A stretch of 64,000 nt of DNA from positions 1-64,000 of the forward strand of contig NW_013657662.1 of assembly GCF_000142905.1 (NCBI RefSeq), in the 5' to 3' direction. A program made the position numbers and the translations under genes. Source of the stretch: Thecamonas trahens ATCC 50062 (lineage: Eukaryota > Protista > Apusomonadida). A model generated the notes under the pieces. That model was not told the origin of the DNA and did no database searches. It was given only the letters and a program-made list of their open reading frames with translations. This document shows positions 21,812 to 32,600 of the stretch, piece after piece (position 1 is the stretch's first letter; each line of letters opens with the position of its first letter).

Positions 21812-22591
21812 TCACACAAACTCCTCGGCGTCGGCATCCCACGCAATGAGCGATGCCGGAATGCCGAGCCCAGCGAGCACCTGCTCCATGCTGAGCTTGG
21901 AGGTGGCGTCGCCGGCTGCGCGCGACCGCGACACAAGCGACTCCAGCGCCTCGACCGCCACCTCCTTCCACTTCATGAAGAGCGCCTCCAGCCGCTCGAT
22001 CTCGCCAGAGTCCTGAATCGAGCCGAGGACCCTGACCCGCGACAGCGCCTTACTCGCTGCTTGCACCTTTTTCCGCGCCTCGCGCACCAGCATTACGTCT
22101 GACATCGGCCGCGGGCCACCGCTCCCACGCCCAATCCGCTTTCCGTTCAAGCCCTTGCCGCGCTTGGTCGCCTGTCGCCGTCCACGCCCGCGCCCAGCCC
22201 CGCCCGGCCGCAGCAGCCTCATCCGCCGCCGCCGAAGCGTCGTCGTCGCGCTCTGCGGCGACGACGGCGACTTGGCTTTGCCGACTCTGCCGCCCTGGCC
22301 GCCGCCCCCGCTCCTTGCGGGCGAGGCAAGTCCGCCGCCCAGCACAGGCCCTGTCGCCTCTGCCGTCCGCCACCACACCTCGATCGTGCCCGTCTCACCT
22401 CTGTCGCCCTCTGTCGGCCACACCGCCTTGCGCACCGTCCCGGCCGCGAGCCATGCCGCCGCCGCAGCAGCCGCATCCTCCTCGGAGCACCCGGCGCCAG
22501 TCGCAAGCGTCGCCACCGTAAATGGCTCACCCACCGCAAGCTCCTCCACCGCAAGTCTCTCTGCCCCATGCTCCACACCCGATCTCGCCAT
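21812..22591 (-). CDS. SFR1: Sfr1/Mei5 family (Swi5-Sfr1 recombination mediator)
   Basis: C-terminal LEALFMKWKEVAVEALESL...LSMEQVLAGLGIPASLIAWDADAEEF matches the Mei5/Sfr1 conserved C-terminal domain. Confidence 0.75.
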   Translation of the reverse strand: MARSGVEHGAERLAVEELAVGEPFTVATLATGAGCSEEDAAAAAAAWLAAGTVRKAVWPTEGDRGETGTIEVWWRTAEATGPVLGGGLASPARSGGGGQGGRVGKAKSPSSPQSATTTLRRRRMRLLRPGGAGRGRGRRQATKRGKGLNGKRIGRGSGGPRPMSDVMLVREARKKVQAASKALSRVRVLGSIQDSGEIERLEALFMKWKEVAVEALESLVSRSRAAGDATSKLSMEQVLAGLGIPASLIAWDADAEEFV

Positions 22592-22771
22592 GCTGCAGAC
22601 ACGTGCTCCTCCACACCCACCGCCTGACGACCATCACAACGGTTACGCCTCGCCAAAACTACGACCTTTTTGGTCACGTCCACGCTTCGCCCGACATGAC
22701 CATGTCCGCATGCCATCAATTCCTTGTCGGGCAACACATGGCAACGCCATGGACAACCCCCCCCCGTACGC

Positions 22772-23265
22772 NNNNNNNNNNNNNNNNNNNNNNNNNNNNN
22801 NNNNNNNNNNNNNNNNNNNNNNNNNNNNNNNNNNNNNNNNNNNNNNNNNNNNNNNNNNNNNNNNNNNNNNNNNNNNNNNNNNNNNNNNNNNNNNNNNNNN
22901 NNNNNNNNNNNNNNNNNNNNNNNNNNNNNNNNNNNNNNNNNNNNNNNNNNNNNNNNNNNNNNNNNNNNNNNNNNNNNNNNNNNNNNNNNNNNNNNNNNNN
23001 NNNNNNNNNNNNNNNNNNNNNNNNNNNNNNNNNNNNNNNNNNNNNNNNNNNNNNNNNNNNNNNNNNNNNNNNNNNNNNNNNNNNNNNNNNNNNNNNNNNN
23101 NNNNNNNNNNNNNNNNNNNNNNNNNNNNNNNNNNNNNNNNNNNNNNNNNNNNNNNNNNNNNNNNNNNNNNNNNNNNNNNNNNNNNNNNNNNNNNNNNNNN
23201 NNNNNNNNNNNNNNNNNNNNNNNNNNNNNNNNNNNNNNNNNNNNNNNNNNNNNNNNNNNNNNNNN
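22772..23265. other. Assembly gap (N run)
   Basis: Run of N flanked by C-rich low-complexity sequence. Confidence 1.
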
Positions 23266-23457
23266 CGACCCCCATCAAGGTCAAGGACCACACCAGTACG
23301 GTCCCCACGGTATTGCATATTCCAATCCCTTTCCTCCAACCCCCCACCCCCCCACCCCCCGCTTTGCTCCTTCCCTGCCACACCAAACCCATCACGCCAT
23401 CCCACCACCTTCACCCTCCACACCCCACTTCCACCCGCAAGCGGACCCTTCCACTCC

Positions 23458-26292
23458 ATGCTTCGCGGGAGAGCACCAGTTCCGTTACTACATCATGTCG
23501 CACGCGCATGGGCAGCCACCACCACTGCAGCGGTGGCTTCATCCACCTCGTCGTCCACCTCGTCGCCGGCATCACGGTCACGGTCACGGTCACGGTCACG
23601 GTCACGCTCGCAGTCGCGGTCGCCGGCTAGATCACGTGGTGGACCGCTCGGCTCGGGTCAGAGTGCTGCTGGGAATCGGCGCCATCGAGGTGGTATGGCC
23701 TTCCCGCCACCCACCATGGCGCCATCGACCCTCGATGAGAACGAGGGCATCATCAAGGACCTCTCACCGTACATTGTGTGGTCATCGTCATCGTCGTCGT
23801 CGTCGTCGTCATCGCCAGCTTCGTCGTCGTCATCGCCAGGTCCAGACGCACCGCCGCTCCTCGGCGAGTACACCCGGTTCTCGCACAAGTCGAAGCGGTT
23901 CGAGTTCTACTTTGGGCTGCTGAGGCAGTTTGAGCCGAGGATCCGGGCGTGGACCGGAGTCGACGCCTCGTCGCGCCCGCTGACGGTCCCGACGCCGGCG
24001 CTCACGTATGTGCTCCCTCCCAAGCCGCACGCGCGGCAGTACTCGGTCCACGATGCCCGGCGGATTGCATCGTCGGTAGCGGCCAAGGTCGAGCGGACGT
24101 CAGGCAAGATCCCGCGGCTGTGGCAGCAGTACGCCGAGGTGGAGGATGTTGTCCATGTCCGGGCTCTCGCACGGTCTCTGTTCATGCCGCCGGCTGTTGC
24201 GCTTGCGCTCAACGCCGGCGCGCAGTCGGCGAACCGCGATGTGTCACCCGTCGAGGTGGCGGCGACGGCCCGGATGCTGGTGGCCGATCCGCTGCACTTT
24301 CGCAAGATCGGCCTTGTCCAGGCCTACCGCGCCCGGCCGCAGGCCGAGGTTGCCAAGCTTGCCGCTGCCCGCGCCGCGGTCCATGCCCACGACGAGACAC
24401 TCTCCAAGGCGCTGCGCGGATCGGCGGCGGCGGCGGCCGATGTTGCGACGACGCCGCTTGTGGGCTTTCTCGCCCGCTTCTCGGCCGCGCTGGACAAGGC
24501 TGGCATCGCTGATGCAGCGGCGGCGGTGCGTCAAGGGTGGGAGCGGGCCAACCCGCGGGATCTGCGGCTCCGGCGGGCGCCACAGGCCGAGCTTCTGGGC
24601 GCTGCGGCGCGCGGCGTGTGTGACGCGCGCGGGCTCAGCGGCGGCTTTGAACCCGATGACGTGCCGTTTCTGGACGCCATTGCGGAGTCGCTGCGGGTGC
24701 CCGAGCTGCAGGCGCCGGTCCCGGGCGTCATCACCCACCTGCTCGAGCCGCTGGACGTTGCGCAGCTCGCGCTCCGCGACCGGGTCCTCGAGCTTGTTGA
24801 CACCGCCCTGCTCGAGCTGACCCACGGCGGGGCGGCGGCGGTGCACAATCCGATTTTCGACGCCTCGCCGCTGCTGAAGCGGTTCGAGTCTCCGGCTGAG
24901 AGAGCAGCAAGCGTGAGTAGCGCGCCGTCGCTCGCCTCGGCCGATGCCGGTACCGATGTCGCCCGCGGCCCGGTCTACTTTGCGGTCGACTCTGCAGACA
25001 CGACCGAGGTTGACGACGCCGTGAGCATCGACCTCACTGCGCCCGAGTGGACTTTGGTCCACATTGCCGACGTGACGGCCACAGTGCAGCTCGACTCGCA
25101 GCTCGACGCTGCAGCACGGGCGCGGCTCTCGACGCTGTACCTGCCAGAGCGGCGGGTCCCAATGATCCCATCGGCGCTTGGCGAGTCGGCGCTGTCGCTC
25201 TCGTCGTCTCGCGACGTCCGGGTCCTCACCTTTGCCTTTCGTCTCGCTGACGACGGCAGCCTCGCCGAGACTGACGTGCGCGAGTCAGTCATTCCGGCCG
25301 GCGCCATGGTCCGCCTCACCTACGACGACGTCGACACGCTACTGGCGGACGCGGGAGCACGGCCGAGCAGCCAGGTTGCCCGCCGGCTCGCCGACGCCGG
25401 GCCGGCCGGAACCCGCGACGTCGACGCCGCCATCCAGCAGCTCCGCACGCTGTATGGTGTGGTGCGAAAGCGGCTGGCATGGCGCGAGGCGCGGGCACGG
25501 CAGATCTCGCTTCCGTCGATGGGCTTCCGGGTCACGCCCGAGACCGGGCGGGTCGACCTGGTGCCGGAGCGTGCTGAAGACGCGCCGGCGCAGATCCTGG
25601 TCCAGGAGCTCATGATTGCCGCGGGGCAGACAGGCGCCACTTTTGCGCTTGCCGCTGACCTCCCGTTCACTTTTCGCGTCCAGCCGCCGCCGCGGTCGGC
25701 GCTTCCGGACTGGGTCGCCGACCTTCCGCCCGTCCTCCGCGACCTTAAGGAGATTCAGACTCAGTCGCCGGCCTCGGTCTCGCCTACCGCCGCCGGGCAC
25801 TACTCGCTCGGCTTTGCCGACTATGCGCACGTCACCTCGCCCATCCGCCGCTACACCGACATGCTCGCCCACTACCAGATCAAGGGCCACCTGTCCGGCA
25901 CCGGCCCGCCGCTCCGCAAAGTGGACGACCTCTACGCCCGCCTTCCGTTCTACGACGAGCGGTCGTTCCACATTCGCTCGCTCCAGCGGACCTCGGAGCG
26001 GTACTGGGCGCTGGTGTGGATGGCGCAGCAGTTGGCGAGCGGCGCCGGAGCGGCTCACAAGATCACCGTCCTCGACCGCGCGCCCGGCGACTCCAACTAC
26101 GCTGTCTACTTTCACTCGACCGCCGCGCTCGTGCCAAACGTCCACATCGCAGGCGTGGCCGATGTGCTTGCCGCCTCTACCGAGGGCGGCGACATGCTCG
26201 TCCGTGGCTTCTCGGGCCTGGTCGCCCTCACCTCGGTCCATGCTCGATCGGGCAAGGTTGCGGCTGAGCTTGTCAGCGCCACCGAGCCGTAA
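23458..26292 (+). CDS. RNase II/RNB exoribonuclease, probably mitochondrial (Dss1/Cyt-4-like)
   Basis: Catalytic FAVDSADTTEVDDAVS, VHIADV, TLYLPE, VQELMI, HYSLG..YAHVTSPIRRYTDMLAHYQIK; Arg/Ala/Ser-rich, acid-free N-terminus (MLRGRAPVPLLHHVARAW) typical of a mitochondrial presequence. Confidence 0.88.
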   Translation: MLRGRAPVPLLHHVARAWAATTTAAVASSTSSSTSSPASRSRSRSRSRSRSQSRSPARSRGGPLGSGQSAAGNRRHRGGMAFPPPTMAPSTLDENEGIIKDLSPYIVWSSSSSSSSSSSPASSSSSPGPDAPPLLGEYTRFSHKSKRFEFYFGLLRQFEPRIRAWTGVDASSRPLTVPTPALTYVLPPKPHARQYSVHDARRIASSVAAKVERTSGKIPRLWQQYAEVEDVVHVRALARSLFMPPAVALALNAGAQSANRDVSPVEVAATARMLVADPLHFRKIGLVQAYRARPQAEVAKLAAARAAVHAHDETLSKALRGSAAAAADVATTPLVGFLARFSAALDKAGIADAAAAVRQGWERANPRDLRLRRAPQAELLGAAARGVCDARGLSGGFEPDDVPFLDAIAESLRVPELQAPVPGVITHLLEPLDVAQLALRDRVLELVDTALLELTHGGAAAVHNPIFDASPLLKRFESPAERAASVSSAPSLASADAGTDVARGPVYFAVDSADTTEVDDAVSIDLTAPEWTLVHIADVTATVQLDSQLDAAARARLSTLYLPERRVPMIPSALGESALSLSSSRDVRVLTFAFRLADDGSLAETDVRESVIPAGAMVRLTYDDVDTLLADAGARPSSQVARRLADAGPAGTRDVDAAIQQLRTLYGVVRKRLAWREARARQISLPSMGFRVTPETGRVDLVPERAEDAPAQILVQELMIAAGQTGATFALAADLPFTFRVQPPPRSALPDWVADLPPVLRDLKEIQTQSPASVSPTAAGHYSLGFADYAHVTSPIRRYTDMLAHYQIKGHLSGTGPPLRKVDDLYARLPFYDERSFHIRSLQRTSERYWALVWMAQQLASGAGAAHKITVLDRAPGDSNYAVYFHSTAALVPNVHIAGVADVLAASTEGGDMLVRGFSGLVALTSVHARSGKVAAELVSATEP

Positions 26293-26350
26293 TTTTCCGG
26301 GATGCGAGCTGGTTTTGGTTCCTCCGCACATGTTGAGCGGTCTGCAGCTT

Positions 26351-28383
26351 TTACTCGGTGGCGGCAGCGACGAGCGGCTTGGTGCGCTTGGCCGGCGGCA
26401 GGTCCGCGTCTGCAGCAGACACAGGCACAGACGCACGCGTGGTTGCCGCGGCCGGTGGTTGGCTCTTGGGCACGTCGCGCTTCCGCTTGTGGGTCTTCTT
26501 GATGGTGTAGTAGTGGCAAGCATCGTCGCAGGTAAGCTGGGCACGGACCGGGAGAGGTGCAGAGTAAAGTATGGGTGCGCAATGGCAGCGGCGGCCGAGA
26601 TGCGCTTGTCTGGGTCGTAGGTGAAGAGCTTGTCAAGAAGGTCAAACGCCTGGGCGTCGATGCTCGGGAGCGAGTCGCGGAGGCGGCGGCGGGTGCGAGG
26701 AAAGTTGAACGAGTGGAAGAGCGGAAGAGCCGAGAGGCCCGGCCACTCAGCCTCTGTCGGCGTTCCGCAGACCTTGACGATGGCCATCATCAGGTCTTTC
26801 TCCTTGTCGGCGCGGAACAGGGTCCGCCCGCCGGTGAGGAGCTCAACAAAGATGCAGCCGATGGACCACATGTCGACGGCCGGGCCATAGCTGTCGCCGC
26901 CGAGGAGAAGCTCGGGTGGGCGGTACTGGAGGGTGATGACCTTGTTGGTGTAGCGCGCGCTCTGGTCGATCTGGCGGGCAAGGCCAAAGTCGGCGAGCTT
27001 GAGCACGCCGTCCTTGGAAACAAGCAGGTTGGCGGCCTTGATGTCGCGGTGCAGAATGCCCATCTGGTGGGTGTATGCGACGGACGCGAGGAGCTGAAGC
27101 ATAAAGTCCTTCACCTGCCCGGCCTCCATCTTGGGCGCGTTGACCGACTCGAGCAGGCCACTCAGGTCGTGATCCACATACTCAAACACCATGTACACCG
27201 AGCCGCGGACTGACGAGTGGACCGTCTCGGCCTCGGGCTCGGAAATGACAACCTCCTTGAGGTTGACAATGTTGGGGTGCTTGAGGTGCTTCAGAATCTT
27301 GATCTCGCGGATGGCAGTGATGGGGAAGCCCTCGCGCTTCTGCCGGTCGGCACGGATCTTCTTCAGTGCCACCACGTCGCCAGTCGCCTTGTCAGTGGCG
27401 CGGTAGACTTGCCCGTACGTGCCCTCGCCAATCTGGTCGACGTCGCCAAACTCAAACGCCGCAATGGTTCGCGAGCCCCACGCCGCTGCGTTGTTGCGCG
27501 GGACAGCTGGCGCCCGGCTGCCCTCCTCTGCCGCCAGCCGCGAGAAAACAGTACCACGGCCAGTGCCCGAGCTGGCGCTTGCAGTCTGGTTGTACGCCCG
27601 GTCTCCGTTGCTGCGCCGCTCGTGGTGCTCGCGCATGCCAGCACGCCGGTCGTGGAACTCGCGGTACTCGCGCGGTATGGGCTCGCCGCGCTGGTCAACA
27701 TGCTCGCCGCGGCGCGGGTAGTGCTCGCGCCCGCGCGGCTCGCCGCGCCGATCGTGGTACGCGCCACGACCGCGGTCGCGGTCACGGTGGGCCCAGTCGT
27801 CGCCGCGCCGGCGATCGCTGCCGCCGGCGTCACCACTGCCGCCTGCGCCTGAAACAGCGCCTGCGCCAGTACCGCGCCGCCCACTGTTGTAATCGCGCCG
27901 GTACTCGTCGCGCCCACCGCGATAATCGTAACGGTAGTCGTAGCCGCTGCGGTCGCCACCGCGGTCACCGCCACGGTCCCCACCGCGGTCGCCGCCACGG
28001 TTAGCACCTCGACTGCCGCCGCGGTCGCCACCGCGGTCATAGCCGCGGTCGCCACCGCGATCGCCGCCGCGGTCGCCGCCACGGCCGCTGCCGCGGTCGC
28101 CGCCACGGCCGCTGCCGCGGTCGCCGCCACGATCGTATCCACGATCGTAGCCGCGATCGTAGCTGCCACGGTCGCCGCCACGAGGAGGCGGGTGCGAGTG
28201 CGGGTGCGGAAGCGGGCGCCCGCCGCCGCGCGGGCCGCCGCGATCACCACGCGACCCACGGTCATACTCGTACTCTCGCGGCGAGTCGCGAGCTCTGTCT
28301 CGATAGTCTCTCCGCATGCCACCGCCGTTCGGATACCTTGGCGACGGGTTATGTGACCGATTAGGAGTGCCACTTGCTGACAT
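26351..28383 (-). CDS. PITAIRE cyclin-dependent kinase (CDK12/13/CDKC-type CTD kinase) with RGG/RD-rich N-terminus; -1 break at ~26567
   Basis: IGEGTYGQVY, VALKK, GFPITAIREIK, HRDIKAANLL, DFGLAR, YTNKVIT; corrected end HPYF-SAPLPVRAQ...KRTKPLVAAATE* stops at 26351, so the 1070-aa ORF extending into the RNase II gene is artefactual. Confidence 0.92.
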
Positions 28384-28702
28384 GTTTCTCTTGCAGCTTG
28401 TCAATATCCTTGGTGTTCTCGAACTTGTTGTTGGCTGCCACAGCTCCTCAGCTCTGTTCCGTCGACCGTCCAGACCCGCCAAACCATCATCGTCATCATC
28501 GTCACCATCATCATCGCCAACCACAAGTATGAGTAACTCCCTGTCTCCCATTTATAGCCGCCTGCAATGGCCATGGCCTCTATCATCTTCAGGCCCATAC
28601 CCTCCGCTTATCACACTCGCCCACACCCGCCGCCACATCCGTCCACTTGTGCTGTGTCATCGAGTGGAAGGGGGGGGGCATGTGCTTGCACTGGCAGTGT
28701 AT

Positions 28703-28704
<2 letters not shown>

Positions 28705-28753
<49 letters not shown>
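28705..28753. repeat. (AG)n microsatellite, ~24 units
   Basis: Perfect dinucleotide run. Confidence 0.95.
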
Positions 28754-28759
<6 letters not shown>

Positions 28760-29666
28760 AGTGATGGGATTGGAGCTTTCTGGGTTGTAGGGGAGAGGGA
28801 GGACTGGTCGCATCGATTGCTATCGATTGGCATCCGGGGGGGTCAGGAGGAGGAGAGGGGGGGGGAGGGGGGTCGCAGCGAGGCACACACACGAGGGTTT
28901 GGGCGACCTGGGTTGGGCGACCTGGACAGGGCAGGGGAGCGAAAGGAGAGAAGGGACGAGGGGGAGAAGGGGAGAAGGGGGGAGGGAGGGGAATAAGGCG
29001 AGGGGGAGAAGGGGGGGGGGGCGTACCAGTTGCGTTGGAAAAGGTGGTGCGGGTGGGGGTGGTGGCCGTGGTGGCCGTGGTGGGTCTGTGCGAGTTGTGG
29101 AAGGCGCGGGAAATTTGGGTTTTTCCCCCGGTCTCGGAGCGAGGCAAGCACAGCGAGATGGAACGAGGTCTTAGCGGAGCTTTGGAAGTCCGGAGGATAG
29201 TGAGATAAAGGGAGGGAGATGCGCAGATGAGAGTGTACGATGGTACGATACTTCTTTCTTCGATCTTCTGTCTCTCTCTCTCTCGGTGTTCTGGCCAGTC
29301 TCGGTCACAACCTTGTTGCCGCCGAGCTTGCGCTTGATCAAGTCGAGGTCAGCAACAACCACAGCGATGACCCGAGGGTGACGTGGTAGTGTGGGTATGT
29401 GTGTGTGTGGGGGGGGGGGGGGGTGAGAGAGAGAGGGGGGAGGAGGAAGAGAGGTAAGGGAGAGTGAGGTGTGGAAGGGGGTGGTTGTGGTGGTGGCGGA
29501 GAGGGGGTGCCGGTGGTGCCGCGTGGCTTGAGTGCGGATCGGGATCGGGATCCTGATCAATGGGCTCGGACGCGCGTGTGTGGATGGGGAGGGGAGGGGG
29601 ATAGAAACGGCGATCGCAGAGGAATAGGTGTAATTGTGGCACAAGAGGCAAGAGATGCATGGTTGG

Positions 29667-32600
29667 TTACAAAGCAGAGAGCGCACGGAGTAGCTCTTCA
29701 CACGAGGGGCGGAGGGCAGGATCGGCATTCCAGCAGCGATGGATGAGTGGAGTTAGGGGGAAGGATGGTCGAGCAGAGGCATGTCACTGCTGGCGATGTG
29801 AGCGGCAGCAACCATGACATTGAGCGAGTCGTAGGGGCGATGGCCAGTGAGGAGGGTGTAGAGAACCGAGCCGATGGCAAAGACATCGGTAGCGAGGGAG
29901 ATGGGTGCGAGGGACGGGTTGATCTGCTCAGGAGCCGAGAGGAGGGAATCGAGGTGGGTGCTGGGGGCGATGATTGCGCGGATGCTGGCAGACCAGGTGT
30001 CGGAGAGGATAATGTCGATGGGCGCGGTGCGGGCGGCGTCAAAGCGAACAAATATGTTGCCAAGGGTGAGAGAGCCGTGACAGGTCTGGGAGAGGCGATG
30101 CAGGTCTGAGACGGCGCGGACGAGGCCGAGGGCGAGGACGTTAAGGATGCCCGGGGCGAGCGGAAGGGTAAGCGACGGATGCTTGATGGTGGCACGAGCG
30201 TCGAGGACCATGGCCAGCGATGTTGTCCGGATCTGCTGCATGACGACGGCGAGAAACGGCGGCTCGAGACAGATGGCGACAGGCGCCTTGATGCGCGACG
30301 AGATGGTGGCCAGGCGCGCGGCGACGGCGACGGCCTGGGCAAACATGATGAGCTCGCGGGCCGGAGGCTCCGAGTGTGGAGCCGCTTGATGATGATGGGG
30401 CAGTTGTTCCACTGCGAGCGCGAGAGTGTGCCGATGGATGACACCACATCCTTGCCGCGCTTGGCATATAGAAGGCGGTGAAGGCGCCGCGATGAGACAA
30501 AGGCAATGTTTCGCGAGGGCGGCTCGCCGGTCGATGAGGGGAACGGTGCCGAGTCGAGGGTGGCACCGGCCGACAACGGCGGCAACAGCGGCCATCGTGA
30601 TTTAGAGCCGCCATGCGAGCCCGAGCCGGGTGCCGAGGAGGTTGAGTGGAGCGATGGTGAGCGCAGACGGAGAGGGAAGGAGCCCAACGATGGTATGGTG
30701 TGCTTGAGCACGTGAAGAATAGAGTCAAACGGGTCGGGCTGCAAGGTTGGCGGTGCGACGGCGGCAAGCGCGATTTGGAGCATCGGCGGCGCCGAGTCGG
30801 GCATGCCGACCGGCTCGATGAGCGAGAGCGGGATGCCGGTCGCCGCGTGGGCGCGCTGGATCTCGTCGGAGAGCTTGGAGAGGACCAAAGCGGTGCAGCT
30901 GTTGGCATAGACATCGGGGCAAGCCTCGCACGCGCGAGAGGCGGCGGCCGCCATGGCCCCGACAATGGTCATGATTTGGCCGGCAAGCATGTACTCGCCG
31001 GGGAGCGCGGAGCGGCGAGTCTCAATGACGCCGCGGAGGGCAAGGAGGCGGATGCTGCCGAGCGAGAGCGAGAGGCCATGGAGGGCGTGAGCGAGGTTGG
31101 AGATCTCAGACGCGTGATGGAGGGTGGCGATGATGGTTTCGGGCCTGGCTCGGAGAATGGTACCGCCAGCCTGGTCGACCAGCGTCGTGACATGGGAGTG
31201 AAACGAGTTGAGGAGTCCGGCGCCGCGGATGGGCGAGCGCGCCATCCGCTCCAGCGCACCCGGGAGAGACATGGAGACGAGGATGACCGATCCAAACGGA
31301 GCCTCGGGCGCCGAAGGCAGGATGACCACCTCGGGCGAGTACAAGTCGGCGAGGAGCGGGACAAGATCGGCGACGGGAAGGCGCTCGTCCGGAGTGTGGT
31401 CCCACAGCACCGGGATGAGGGTGGCAAGCGGTGATAACTGCGGCGGGATGCCGGCGACGTCGGGCCGCAGGCCCTTGGAGACCTCAAAGGCGATGGCGAC
31501 AGGTGACTCGCCATCGTAGACACGGCGGCGTGTGGCGAGCTCAAAAAGTGTGATGCCGAGCGCGTAGATGTCGGAGGCCATCGTCGGGACCGGTACTTCG
31601 GAGCCAAGCAGCTCGGGAGCAGCCCAGTAGAGGCCGGCGAGCTCAGCCTGTTGAGCATAGCTCGCCCGACTGCCCTCGCCCTCGGACTCGGAGAGCTCCA
31701 TCGAGAGATCGCGCATGTCCTCGTAGGCGGCGAGGACACCGCGCGAGCGAAAGGACGAGAGTGAGCCACGGCCCGAATCGCAGATCGAGGACGTGGCAAA
31801 GTTGGTTGTCGAGGTGTAGCGCGACGGTTCGGCGACAACGGCCTGCAACGAGAGCTGCGACTTGACTTTGAAGAGGCCAAAGTCGGTGAGCATCGGCGTC
31901 CAGTCGTTGGCGAGGACCACGTTGAGTGACTTGAGCGAGCCATGAACAATGCCAGCGGCGTGTAGAGCAGCGAGGCCGACAGCGATCTCGTGGGCCCATC
32001 GGAGAATGATAGTCGAGTCGAGGATGAGGCGCGGGTTAAGGAGCGCGGCGTGGAGCGAGCCACGCGGCGCATAGTCGGTGACCAGCGCCGGCGTGCCGAG
32101 GCCGAGGCAGACGCCTCGGAACCGGATGAGGTTCGGCGCCGAGAGCACGGTGAGCTTGGATGCTTCGGCGAGGACGTCGTCGGCGAGGCCAAAGGCGATG
32201 TGCTTGATAATGACGTGCTCGTCGTCGAGCACCGCGAGACTCACCCGGCCGTACGTGCCCTTGGCCTGCTCCTCCACCTCGCGTAGCTCCTCAGCGTCGA
32301 TGATGGGCACGTTGCTGACGTCGACGGTACCGCTCTGCCGCCGTTTGCGGGTGAGGAGAAGGAGAGCCACCATGCCGACAAGGACAGCAATGACGATGAT
32401 AAAGATGGCAAGCGCGAGCGCGATCTGGATCTGGGACCGCGCCTGCTTGCCACTGACACGTGGCGCACCGGCGAGGGTGTAGGAAGCGACGACGACCGGC
32501 GCAGCCGCCAGACCGGGCCGGAGTGCAATGATCTGAATGGTGGCCGAGCGCTCGAGGTCGATGACGAGCGGCACCGGCGTCGACGGCGAGTCGGCAAGAC

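Noticed and set aside
25339-26350. Apparent ~950-bp antisense overlap of the CDK ORF with the RNase II gene
   Set aside because: Artefact of the frame break at ~26567; the corrected CDK stops at 26351 and the extension is the antisense shadow of RNase II.
29171-29360. Short coding-like stretch (DLDLIKRKLGGNKVVTETGQN) on the minus strand
   Set aside because: No credible start or splice structure; embedded in low-complexity sequence.
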